A stretch of DNA of 64,000 nt from Octopus vulgaris (GCA_951406725.2 OX597839.1:13020001-13084000), one strand, 5' to 3'. Counted from the first letter of the stretch, positions 1-11,994 are shown. Translations and numbers: made by a program. The notes: generated from the sequence alone by a model not told the origin.

Positions 1-384
1 GGAATGAACCCAAAACCATGTGGTTTTGAAGCAAACGTCTTACTACATAGCCACGCCTGTGCATGAAAAATATCTTTGTGTTAGTCTTTTATGCTTTTTC
101 TTGTTTGTTTTCTTTTTGGACTCTACTATTTCTCTACAACTTTTGTTTATCATTTTTTGAAACTTGTATATATTTTGTCTGTTTATGATGGACAACAAAG
201 GTCCCAAAGCTGCCAAAGCCACTCAAGACATTTGTGCTGTGTATGGAGGAAGCACTATAACTAAAACAACTGTACAGAAGCAGTTTTCACACTTCAAGGA
301 GAGGAAATTTGATCTCACAGATTCTCTGTGTTTCAGCCAACCTGTTCAGTTCAATTAGGATTGATTGAATGAATTTATCAACAA

Positions 385-541
385 GTGGTGCCATGTGAAA
401 AGCACCCAGCTCAATCTGTTAAGTGTTTGGTGTTAGGAAGGGCCTCCAGCCATGGAAACCAAGCAAAATCAGATTGGAACCTGGTGCAGCTTACCAGCTT
501 GGTAGCTCTGGTCAAACCACCCACACCATGCTAGCATGGAC
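385..541 (+). mobile_element. SINE family B fragment (body ending ccatgctagcatgg followed by simple repeat)
   Basis: Matches many other copies in the window (aaaagcaccca...ttaggaagggcatccagc...ccatgctagcatgg). Confidence 0.75.
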
Positions 542-545
542 ATTA

Positions 546-783
<238 letters not shown>

Positions 784-1431
784 TCTGCATCAATCCTATA
801 GGGAATTGACCCCAATAGGTGGGATGCTCTCATGGTACCATCATCCATCACCTTAACTTGATGAATAAGGTCCAAACCTGACCAGTGACACGGTCTACTT
901 CTTCAACATAGCAACATTTGCCCCCCCACGTTGCTAATTTGTCCAAAATTGCTTTTCAAGAGCTGTGTTTAGAAGTTCTAATGCACTCACCATATTCTCC
1001 TAACACAGCGTCTTCAGACTATCCCCCTTTATTTGCCATTTTCCAACAGTCTCCAAGACTTTTTGTTGAACAACAATAAAGAGCTGAAAACGTGGCTGGA
1101 TGAATTCTTCAATTCTTGTGCATATTCCACATACTGTTCATGCACTTTTGGTTATTTTTTTCCGATGAGCTTTAGTGCATGCCAGCACCGTATACAATAA
1201 GTTCATTATTATATTATTATTTGCAAGTCAAGGCCTGGCGGTTCCTGCCATCAAGGCATTGACAAGCTGGTGGAATGTTGTCAAGAAGTCTGCACAATGT
1301 AAGAAATTATATTATTGACTGATCTGTTAAAAGCATTGATGAAAAATAAGAAATTAAAATAATTGGAAAAAAAAAAAAACTTAATGAATTTATCTGACAA
1401 ATAAATATCAACAATATATTAAGCAGAAAGT

Positions 1432-1591
1432 TCAAATTTTGTAGCACTGACTTTTGCATTCCCAATCGTCATTCAATAGTCCAGCCCTCCACCCCATCCC
1501 ATCGCCATAACTTTCCGCACACATTTTTGTATACCGCAAAATAAGGTGCACGGTAAATAACCAGTGTTTAGAACTCCAACTCCATGTGTTC
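1432..1591 (-). CDS. Possible terminal coding exon of an unidentified host gene
   Basis: Pyrimidine-rich tract plus AG (1593-1592) followed by a non-repetitive open frame [52 protein letters not shown]-stop; no family recognised. Confidence 0.2.
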
Positions 1592-1712
1592 CTTTGTAAT
1601 GTGAAAGAGAATAAAGTAATATATATATGTATATATGTATGTATATATACACACAAAAATATATCGTATCATACATGCATACTTTATATATATTGAATAT
1701 ATAAATATGTAC

Positions 1713-1805
<93 letters not shown>

Positions 1806-2019
1806 CATACACATATATACACAAAAATATACCTTATCATACATATATACTTTATATATATTGAATATATAAATATGTACATATATACACACACACATAT
1901 ACATTTATATATACATCTACATATATGTATGTTTGTGTGTATACATACATACCCTCACACAAAAGTGAACAGGTAAAACAAGAGTTAATCTTAACAATAG
2001 AGTTTCTGCTGGCTATAAC

Positions 2020-2039
2020 CTCTGCTGCTGCTGCTGCTG

Positions 2040-2088
<49 letters not shown>

Positions 2089-2780
2089 CACCTCTTCTAC
2101 TGCTGCCGCTGCCACTGCTTGAGTTTCTGCTGCCTCCACTATTATCACCATATCTACCCTCTGCCCCCAAGTCCCCCCCCTCTGCTATCATAACCCCCCC
2201 CCCCCAACTCACAATCATGAGACTAAACCTTGGATAACCACCGTTACTACTACATAATCTTTGCCACCACCACTACCACCACCATCCATTAGTAATGTAC
2301 CAGTAGTCATTCAACAACTCCACCACCACCACCACCACTCCATCATGCCTCCACCACCGTTATCAGTTCTCCCCCCCCCCCTTGTGACACCATTAAGACT
2401 GCTTTGTCATATACTACAGTTAGCTAATTATACCTGACTGTTTACATGTTACCAACACCACCACCACCACCACCGCTACCACCACCATCACTACTACAAC
2501 CACTACCAATCACAGCCACCACTACTGCTACCGCGACCACGACCATGACCACCGCCCCCATAACTACTATCATGATCACCAGGACCACCATGACCACAAT
2601 CACCACCATCATCAACACTACTACAAATTCCAGAGCCACCACCACCACCACCAACACCACCAACACCACCACCACCAACACCAACACCACCACCACCAAC
2701 ACCACCACCACCAACACCAACACTACCATCATTGCTTCCACCACAAAGATTACTTACGCCACTGCTACTAACACTATTAA
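2020..2780. repeat. (CTA/ACC/CTG)n trinucleotide low-complexity tracts
   Basis: Directly visible; source of the poly-T/V/S ORFs. Confidence 0.9.
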
Positions 2781-2932
2781 CACACTGATACACCACTATG
2801 TGGTCATTGCGACCTGCTAGAAATGACTCACACCCCCTCAAATCGCAGCCTACCGTCTTATACGAAGGCAGGACGCATTAAATAATGTAGTGTTGCTTAA
2901 CAATAGAGTGGCTGATATAATACTAAGTATAG

Positions 2933-3155
2933 TAGGTACATGTATGGCTGTGTGGTAAGAAGCTGGCTTCCCAACCACATAGTTCCAGGTTCAGTTCCAC
3001 TGAGTGGTACCTTGGGTAAGTGCCTTCTGCAATAGCCTCAGGCTGACCAAAACCTTGTCAGTGGATTTGGTAGATGGGAACTAAAAGAAACCCATTGCGT
3101 ATATATATATGTCGTCATCATCATCATCATCGTTTAGCGTCCGCTTTCCATGATA

Positions 3156-3199
<44 letters not shown>

Positions 3200-3810
3200 T
3201 CATCATCATCATCATCGTTGTCATTGTTGTTTAATGTCCGCGTTCTATGCTGGCATGGGTCGGACAGTTTGACTGAGGACGGTGAGCCAGAAGGCTGCAC
3301 CAGGCTCAATCTGATCAGGCAAAGTTTCTACAGCTGGGTGCCCTTCCTAACTCCAACCACTCTGAGAGTGTAGTGGGTGCTTTTACGTGCCACAGGCATG
3401 AGGGCCAGTCAGGCGGTTCTGGCAATGACCATGCTCAAAAGGTGTTTTTTGTGTGCTACCTGCAAATGTCTTCTACTATAGCCTCGGTCCGACCAAAGCC
3501 TTGTGAGTGCATTTGGTAGACGGAAACTGAAAGAAGCCCATCGTATATATGTATATATATATATATGTAAGTATGTGTGTGTGTGTGTGTGTGTATATGT
3601 TTGTGTGTCTGTGTTTGTCCCCCCAACATTGCTTGACAACCTATGCTAGTGTGTTTATGTCCCTGTAACTTAGCAGTTCGGCAAAAGAGACCAATAGAAT
3701 AAGTACTAGGCTTACAAAGAATAAGTTCTGGGTTCGATTTGCTTGACTAAAGGTGGTGCTCCAGCATGGCCATAGTCAAATGACTGAAACAAGTAAAAGT
3801 GTAAAAGAGT
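2933..3810 (+). mobile_element. tRNA-derived SINE family A pieces (2933-3098, 3466-3810) with an intervening family B SINE on the minus strand (3112-3465)
   Basis: A-box-like tggctgtgtggtaag, B-box-like ggttcagt(c/t)cc, internal (TA)n/(TG)n, tail ggtgctccagcatggcc..cagtcaaatgactgaaacaagtaaaagagt. Confidence 0.85.
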
Positions 3811-3838
3811 ATTAAAACAATGATGGAGATTGTATATA

Positions 3839-4190
3839 CTCTTTTACTTGTTTCAGTCATTTGACTGTGGACATGCCTTTAATCGAGCAACTCGACCTCA
3901 GGACTTATTGTTTTGTAAGCCCAGTACTTATTCTATCGGTCTCTTTTGCTGAACTGCTAAGTAACAGGGACATAAACACACCATGCTAGGGGGACAAACA
4001 CAGACACACAAACACACACATGCATATATATATATACATATATATGACGGGCTTCTTTCAGTTTCCGTCTACCAAATCCATTCACGAGGCTATAGTAGAA
4101 GACACTTGCCCAAGGTGCCACGCAGTGGGACTGAACCCGAACCATGTGGTTGGTAAGCAAGCTACTTACCACACAGCCACTCCTGCGCCT
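3839..4190 (-). mobile_element. SINE family A
   Basis: Reverse complement of the family A head and tail. Confidence 0.88.
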
Positions 4191-4324
4191 ATATATATAT
4201 CTGTGTGCATATGTGTGTGTCCCCTTGTGTTTGTGTTGTGTATGTCCCCAATCACTGCTTGACAACCAATGCCTGTAACTTTGTAGTTCAGCAAAGGAAA
4301 CTAGTAGAACAATTAATGGGTAAA

Positions 4325-4632
4325 GAGCCCCTTTCGGTCATGGATGACCATGAGATTGCACCTAGAAAGTTCCCTCCGAGGCACAAGTCCAGGCAAGGTT
4401 GTTTGTGGAAGACCATCAGTCACCCATGCATACCACTGATGTTATCTAAGGTAAACTCTGATATGGCTTGGCACCAGTGACATCACAACTCATTTCTACA
4501 GCTGAGTGAACTGGAGTAACGTAAAATAAAGTGTCTTGCTCAAGAAAACAGTACACAGCCCGGTCTGAGAATTGAACTCACTACCTCATGATTATGAGCC
4601 TGATGCTCTAACCACTGAGCCATTCACCTTCA
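4325..4632 (-). mobile_element. SINE family D (tRNA-like head gcatggctcagtggttagagc) nested in a family A 3' half (4215-4775)
   Basis: Matches copies at 29557-29870 and 59931-60264. Confidence 0.8.
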
Positions 4633-5805
4633 CTATTAAATAAGTACCAGGCTTAAAATAAGTACTAGGCTTAAAAGTATAAGTCCTGGGGTTAATGTGT
4701 TCAACTAAAACCCTTCGAGGTGGTGCCCCAGCATGGCCACAGTTCAGTGACTGAAACAAGTAAATGATAGTTAAAGAAGGAATTGTAATTTGTTTAAATT
4801 ACAACCTTAGGGACAAATTAGATAATTGTTTTTCTAATTGAGTAATTCTGGCGAAAACAAGCAGGGGAGAGAACCCCACCTGCAATTTTAATTTATGTCA
4901 AAATTTATGAGACATGGAATGGACCTGTGAGTGAATTTGATCTTTAGTAATTGTGAACCCTTGAAAAAGTGTGGATGACCATGGCTGGAATGTGTTTGAC
5001 AATAGGTTTGATGAATCAGGGTTGAACCAGGAGGTAACTACATTGTAACAATAGCAACAACTTGAAACATGAACAAAATAGAAGAAAAAAAAGAAGAACG
5101 AAGATGAAAACAGATGTTTGTGGCCATAAAAGAGGAAGAAATAGAATGAAAAGAGTGTATATGAAGTAATAGACCCTGTAACGCAGATAAAAAGATCTGA
5201 GGTATATTGTCCTGTGGTACAATGAGAAGGAAGTCTTTACAGAGATCTCAACTGTAAAGTTTCTTGTTTGGGCATGTTTAGATACCATTGTACTTGTATG
5301 TATGTATGTATGTATATATATATATATATATATGTGGATATATACATAAAGATACACATATACATACCTACACATGTGTACACAAGCATACACAGATATA
5401 CATACATATGCACACATACATGTGTATGTGCCTGTATGTGTGCAAAAATATGTGTGTGCGAGTATATATATTTATTTATATATGCATATTTCTCACCACT
5501 ACCATCACTACCACCTCTGCTGTCGCTGCCACTGCCTCCACCACCACCACTACTGCCTTTACTACCACACCTTTACTACCACTGCCACTGTCACTAAAAT
5601 CAGAATACCTGCTTGTGTACAAGCTCAGAGAAATACTTATTAAAACAGTGGGGTAGTGCATGACCCCACCCCCACACAAACACATGACTTGGTCTATTGG
5701 CTAGTTGACACATCACCACAGCCTATTGCCTATACCCCCACATCTCCCCATCATCTCTTCATTTACTCCCTGTAGCACTGTGCCCGACACTGGATTAACC
5801 ATTAA

Positions 5806-6560
5806 CCCCTTAACATCTAAACCAGCCATATCCGGTCAAAATATTCTACCTGCTTTATGTTATAACTGGCCAGGTCTGGCCACTCACACCTACTCTACAA
5901 TGTCATTCTAAAAATAAACACACACATCAAGCTTTTGAAGCTACAAAATAATTCATAATTAATTCAATGCAATGATTACAGTTAATGGAATAATCTGAAT
6001 ATTAACCCTTTCATTACCGTATTTATTTTGAGATACTCTGTGTTTCTTTCAATTATTTTAGATATAACAAAGAATTTAGTAAAATAACTTAGTTATCATT
6101 AAGCTAGTGTTAGAAACATAAATTGTGTCTAAGGTTTGGTGGAAGATTTGAATTCAAAACTTATGAAAGAAAGACATTTGTTACCCATATTTCTGTTGAG
6201 ATGCTCTGTATTTCTTTCAATTAATTTTAAATATAACAAAGAATTTAGTAAAATAACTTAGTTATCATTCAGCTAGTGTTAGAAACATAAATTGTGTCTA
6301 AGGTTTGGTGGAAGATTTGAATTCAAAACTTATGAAAGAAAGACATTTGTTACCCATATTTCTGTTGAGATGCTCTGTATTTCTTTCAATCAATTTTAAA
6401 TATAACAAAGAATTTAGTAAAATAACTTAGTTATCATTAAGCTAGTGTTAGGAACATAAATTATGACTGGGGTTTGGTGGAAGATTTTAATTCAAAACTT
6501 ATGAAAACAAGACATTTATACTGCAGTTTCAGCCGGGTTGGTATCGAAAGGGTTAAAGGG
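5806..6560. mobile_element. piggyBac-like MITE (TTAA-flanked, CCC...GGG termini) containing a nested second piggyBac-like MITE
   Basis: TTAA at 5802-5805 and 6561-6564; related copy in opposite orientation at ~63500-63737. Confidence 0.75.
6006..6552. mobile_element. Inner piggyBac-like MITE with three ~169-bp tandem units
   Basis: TIR CCCTTTC...GAAAGGG, TTAA at 6002-6005 and 6553-6556; units start at ~6014, 6181 and 6350. Confidence 0.85.
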
Positions 6561-6860
6561 TTAAGCAAAATAAGCACATGTGTAGGATATCAAAAGAATC
6601 AGGGGGACACCACAGAAATGGTAAATGGTTAACAGCACAAAAGAAATCACTTTAAGCTTGCTAAAAAAATATTTGAAATATTGGAAGTTCCATGAGAGAG
6701 TCCTTCCCAATTGGCTGGATCCCCTTGGTGTTAATTGGAAGGCATGGAGGTCCATGTGTAATGCTGGAGTAGGATGCTGTAAGAGTGAATGCAAGAAACT
6801 ACATGAAGAGAGGAGACGTTGTCATCAACTCCCTGCAGTTGAGGTTCAGGGTCACTTTCA

Positions 6861-7206
6861 TTATTTCTAATTCTCTCCAAAGGAGACTATGGCAGTGGTA
6901 CTGGATATTAATAGTTATCGCCAAGCTAACTTGGCAGTCCAGATAAATAGGACAAATGCACCGTTGATTAGCTCCAAGAGGCCATCACCTCTAGCTAGCT
7001 ATGTGACACACAAACCTGTGTCCATTATAACCTTCGAACAGGGGAGGTCAGCAGCTTCCCCTTGCTGGTCTGGCATCCACAGACTAGTTTCGAGGTGTTT
7101 GCCTCTTATCAATGTGGAGTAGCCGAATCCAGCAGGTGTCGCTGCTGACCGACTGTTCGAAGGATTACCTAAATTCAGTGGAATACATCCACTGGTTTTC
7201 AAAAAC
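6861..7206 (-). mobile_element. Hammerhead-containing ~350-bp repeat monomer (Penelope pseudo-LTR or retrozyme-like)
   Basis: Homologous to the tandem monomer at 10073-10640; further partial copy at 7574-7637. Confidence 0.75.
7076..7118 (-). ncRNA. Minimal type-I hammerhead ribozyme, U3-A8 core variant
   Basis: Minus strand: uccaca-UUGAUAA-gagg caaaca ccuc-GAAA-cuag-UC-ugugga; 6-bp stem I, 4-bp stem II, palindromic ACUAGU stem III. Confidence 0.8.
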
Positions 7207-7636
7207 CTCCAAAAACTGTGTAACACTGGAGTAGGATGCTGTAAAAGTGAATGAAAGAAACTACATGAAGAGAGGAGACGTTGTCATCAACTCCCTGCAG
7301 CTGAGGTTCAGGGTCACTTTCAGTGCCCTCAGTGACCCAGGATATACTTATTGTGTATCGGTCTTGTCAGCCATGTTGGATCCCTTGAGTAACAATGTGT
7401 TGGAGGTGGAGGAAAATAAATGCTGTCTTGGATTAATGTCATCACCATTGATGGACTGTCATAAGCCTTCATGCACCCCTTTTCAACCACATATAATGCA
7501 GGGTAGCGTTGCATCTCCTACTCAATCAACCCCACTTTCTTTATTACTTTCTGACCCATATTCACCAAATATCATTATTTCTAATTCTCTCTAAAGGAGA
7601 CTACGGCAGCAGTACTGGATATTAATAGTTATCGCT

Positions 7637-7900
7637 AGGACATCCTCGTTGAGCTCTACAGGTCTTCCAGGATGATGTTCATCTTCCAGGCTGTAGTTTC
7701 TGGCTCCGAATTTCTGGAACTACCATTGACACTGGCTTGCACTTATTGTATGATTCCTGTATACTGCTTTAATATTCCTTGTATATTCCATTGCGCTGTT
7801 GCCTTTACTGAACTCATAGAGCAAAACATGCCAAATATGCTCCTTTATCATTTCCATTATAGCTTTGAAAAAAATAACTGTTAAAATGGAACTGCACTCT
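7637..7900 (-). mobile_element. mariner transposase N-terminal fragment
   Basis: KEHIWHVLLYEFSKGNSAMEYTRNIKAVY...SLEDEHHPGRPVELNEDV (Mos1-type HTH region) with an in-frame stop. Confidence 0.8.
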
Positions 7901-7949
7901 TCAAAACTCACACTAAGAATAAGTACAAGGTAAAATTACTACCTATATA

Positions 7950-8712
7950 AAAGGCTCTTAAACAATCTGAAAAATCCAGCAGAAGAAGATTTGATTTGGT
8001 TTTTCTCAAACGAGAAAAACTTCAACCAATATCAGAAAGTTAACAAAAGAAATGACAGATGGTTATGTGCAGACCCTTCTGAAGTTCCAAGTGTTATGCA
8101 TACCAAATTTCCAGTAACTGTCATGGTTTTAGGGGTTGTCAGCAATGAAGGACATGTGATGCCTCCTTACTTTTTTCCACAAGGCCTTAGAGTTAACTCT
8201 GCCACTTACATTGAGGTCCTGGAAATAATTGTTAAGCCCTGGATAGACAGTGTATGCAATGGAAGGCTATATGTGTTTCGGTAAGACACTGCACTATCAG
8301 ACATGGCTCTAGTAACTCAGGAATGGATAGGGAAAAATTTTCCTGATCACATAACCTCTAACATTTGGCCTCCTAATTCTCCAGATCTCAATCCATTGGA
8401 CTATTACATGTGGACCGTTGTTGAGAGAGAGGTCAATGAACACACCCGTAACACCAAAGATTCTTTGAAAGCTGCCATAGTCCGAGTAATGTCCAAAATG
8501 AACCAGGACCATTTGATTCGAGCATGTGAGTGATTTAGATCTCATATAGAAGCAGTTGTTGAAGCTGAAGTTGGCTTTGTTGAATAACATTATAGAAAAG
8601 AAGGTTTATTTTTATCCTCATAGCATTTTGTGATAAATAAAGTTATTATCTGTTATCATAAATCTGCTTTTTTATAAACATAAATCTGTCCTCAAATATC
8701 TTATGCACCCTG
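7950..8712 (+). mobile_element. Tc1/mariner (maT/DD37D-like) transposon, 3' half with right TIR; pseudogenised
   Basis: WFFSNEKNF, VMVLGVVSNEG..MPPYFF, WPPNSPDLNPLDYY.W; ends ...tatgcaccctg followed by TA. Confidence 0.85.
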
Positions 8713-9422
8713 TATTTACACATATATTATGCATATATTTAAATATACATGCATATTTCTCTCTCTCTCTTTCCATCACTCTTTTCCTCCTCCTCTCTTT
8801 CTCTCTCTCCCCATCATTCTTTTTCTCCTTCTCTCTCTCTCACCCTGTCTTTCTCTCTGTTGGTGTTTCCTCATTGTTGTTTAGGATGTCATCACCCTGG
8901 CAACACTTGGCAGTGAATTTGATTAACACAGAGAAAAGCTCCCAGCTTGGATCCCTGTCTTTTGTCTTTCCTGCCCAGTTTCCATGGCACAGCTATACTA
9001 AAACAATGGGAAACAGGGGCTATTGAATTGCCATGGGATGCCTCTGCAGCAGCTTTGTTCAGTTCTATCTTCATCCATTCTGTTAGTGTGTGAGAGGTGA
9101 TGACAAGCTGTGATGCAGTTTCTACAGCTAATATTATTAGTGTTGCTGGGTGTTATCAGAACCATCCTCAGAGCCATCTCCTTAGAGCTGCTGGTTTAAT
9201 TGCCAATGAACCAGCCATAAAAAAGACTCTTATCGCAGGCCAAATACCCCTGGTGCCAGGCACACAGACATGCATTTACACACGCATGCACATGAACACA
9301 CATGTACACACATACACATGCATGTAGACATACACATGCACGTGTACACATAAATATTATTTAGCAATGGTCACTTCTTTATGCAGTTGTTTCTTCCTTT
9401 ATACATCACATGATCATATATA

Positions 9423-9459
<37 letters not shown>

Positions 9460-9469
9460 GGGAGATATA

Positions 9470-9956
9470 TGGAGTGACGCTGTGGTAAGTAGCTTGCTTA
9501 CTAACCGCATGGTCCTGGATTCAGTCCCACTGCATGGCACCCGGGGCAAGTGTCTTCTACTATAGCCTTGAGCTGACCAAAGCCTTGTGATTGGATTTGG
9601 TAGACAGAAACTGAAAGAAGCCCATCATATATATATATATACATACTCTTTTTACTCTTTACTCTTACTTGTTTCAGTCATTTGACTGTGGCCATGCTGG
9701 AGCATCGCCTTTAGTCGAGCAAATCAACCCCAGGACTTATTCTTTGTAAGCCCAGTACTTATTCTATCGGTCTCTTTTTGCCGAACCGTTAAGTGACGGC
9801 GACGTAAACACACCAGCATCGGTTGTCAAGCAATGCTGGGGGTACAAACACAGACACACAAACATACATACATATGACTGGACTGGTGCAGCTTTCAGGC
9901 TCCCCAGACCCCAGTTGAACCGTCCAACCCATGCTAGCATGGAAAGCGGACGTTAA

Positions 9957-9988
<32 letters not shown>
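9470..9988. mobile_element. SINE cluster: family A head (+, 9470-9627), family A tail (-, 9645-9870), family B tail (+, 9880-9988)
   Basis: Matches family consensus seen elsewhere in the window. Confidence 0.8.
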
Positions 9989-9990
9989 AA

Positions 9991-10640
9991 ATATTAAAGT
10001 TTCTAAGTCTCTCTAAAGGAGATTACGGCAGCGTTACTGGATATTAATAGTTAATATATAATAGTAATAATAGATAAAGGGCAACTACCCTGAAACATGT
10101 CTGCAGATGTCTGACCAGCAAGGTGAAGCGGCTGACCTCCCCTGTTCGAAGGTTATAATGGACACAGGTTCGTGTGTCATATAACTAGCTAGAGGCGATG
10201 GCCTCTTGGAGCTAATCAGCGGCAGCTTTAGTCTTTTATTTATAGACTACCATATTAGCTTGGCGATAACTATTAATATCCAGTAACACTGCCATAATCT
10301 CCTTTAGAGAGACTTAGAAACTTTAATATTTCTATTTTTGAAAACAAGTGGATGTATTCCACTGAAATTAGGTAATTAAATCCTTCGAACAGATAGTCTG
10401 TAGCAACACCTGCTGGGTCTGACTACTCTGTGCATTGATAAAGGGCAACTACCCTGAAACATGTCTGCAGATGTCTGACCAGCAAGGTGAAGCAGCTGAC
10501 CTCCCCTGTTTGAAGGTTATAATGGACGCAGGTTCGTGTGTCATATAACTAGCTAGAGGTGATGGCCTCTTGGAGCTAATCAGCGGCAGCTTTAGTCTTT
10601 TATTTATAGACTACCATATTAGCTTGGCGATAACTATTAA
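9991..10640 (+). mobile_element. Hammerhead-containing 364-bp tandem repeat (~1.55 units) with a 5' inverted segment; Penelope pLTR or retrozyme-like
   Basis: gataaagggcaactaccctgaaacatgtc starts at 10073 and 10437; 9991-10053 is the reverse complement of ~10268-10330. Confidence 0.8.
10431..10469 (+). ncRNA. Minimal type-I hammerhead ribozyme, U3-A8 core variant
   Basis: ugca-UUGAUAA-aggg caacua cccu-GAAA-caug-UC-ugca; 5'-truncated twin at 10073-10105. Confidence 0.78.
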
Positions 10641-10852
10641 TATATATATATATATATATATATTTTGTTTGTGTGTCTGTGTTTGTCCCTCCCCACCATC
10701 ACTTGACAACTGATGTTGGTGTGTTTATATCCCTGTAACTTAGCAGTTTGGCAAAAGAGACCAAAAGAATAAGTCCTGGGGTTGATTTGTTCAACTAAAT
10801 GGTTGCAGTAAAAATGACTGAAAAGAATAAAAGAATAAAAGGATTAAAAAAA

Positions 10853-10924
<72 letters not shown>

Positions 10925-11060
10925 CGGTTTGGAAATGATGTACAGGTATTTTATATTAGAAGAAATGAGGTACTCAGAAATTCGGATGGTTTTATATTTA
11001 CAGATATTTATTGTATATTACATGTTTTTATACATCATGTAACTTATATCATATATCATA

Positions 11061-11099
11061 TATTAGCGCTTTCACCCATTCTAGTGGGGTTTTCAAATC
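11061..11099 (-). ncRNA. Hammerhead-like motif (UUGAAAA core), weak stem I
   Basis: Minus strand: gau-UUGAAAA-cccca cuagaa ugggu-GAAA-gcgc-UA-au; palindromic AGCGCU stem III. Confidence 0.45.
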
Positions 11100-11206
11100 G
11101 AACTAAGTTACTGTGGAAAAATTTTGACCATTTTATAGTGTTATTGAGTGTGTAGTGGTGGGGAGGGATATACGATAGTACAAGAGGGTGATGAATGGGG
11201 AGAAAG

Positions 11207-11253
<47 letters not shown>

Positions 11254-11259
<6 letters not shown>

Positions 11260-11309
11260 CAACAATTGAGGAACGGCCTATTGTAGCCGTTCCTCAATTG
11301 TTGTTGAAT
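11254..11309. repeat. Perfect 24-bp inverted repeat with 8-nt loop
   Basis: attcaacaacaattgaggaacggc-ctattgta-gccgttcctcaattgttgttgaat. Confidence 0.95.
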
Positions 11310-11398
11310 TTATTCATAGTCTCTGACTATTTCCTCTTTCTCACTAGACCGCTGGTGGCAAAATAATTTCTGTTGAATTTTTTGCTACCCTAAATTGA

Positions 11399-11452
<54 letters not shown>

Positions 11453-11994
11453 CTCATTTATAAATTTGTGTTGCTAGACTCCTAATGTGATGTTGTGTGT
11501 TGAAACAGATATTGTTGTATTTCAGGATGGTCATTTCATTTTTTTTTTGGCCAAGATGGAAAGTTTTGCTGAGATGGTCATAGATGAAAGATTTCTAGAC
11601 AATGGACATGAGTTAGAATTGGAACAGTGACGAATGAGCAAAGAACGAATATATAGTGTATGTGTTTATTTGGCAAAAAAAAAAAAAATAATAATAATAA
11701 CCATCCCGAAATACAATGTGTGTGTGTGTGTGTATATATATGTATATATATATATATGTATAATATATATATATGTGTGTATATATATATATATATGTAT
11801 GTATACATATATATGTGTGTGTGTGTGTATATATGTGTGTGTATATATATATATATATATATTTCAAGATAGTTTATTCAACAGTTAGTATATACATCCA
11901 TTAATAATTCTTATATTATAAGAATTTAGCGATATATGCTTTTGAATTATTCTAAATACACACACACACACACACACACACACACTTTTCAGCT

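Noticed and set aside
5040-5250. Minus-strand frame DLCKDFLLIVPQDNIPQIFLSALQG as a possible exon
   Set aside because: Weak acceptor, no clear donor, no recognisable family
11556-11630. Short plus-strand frame MESFAEMVIDERFLDNGHELELEQ after a T-rich AG
   Set aside because: Only 24 codons, adjacent to a transposon fragment, no supporting exons
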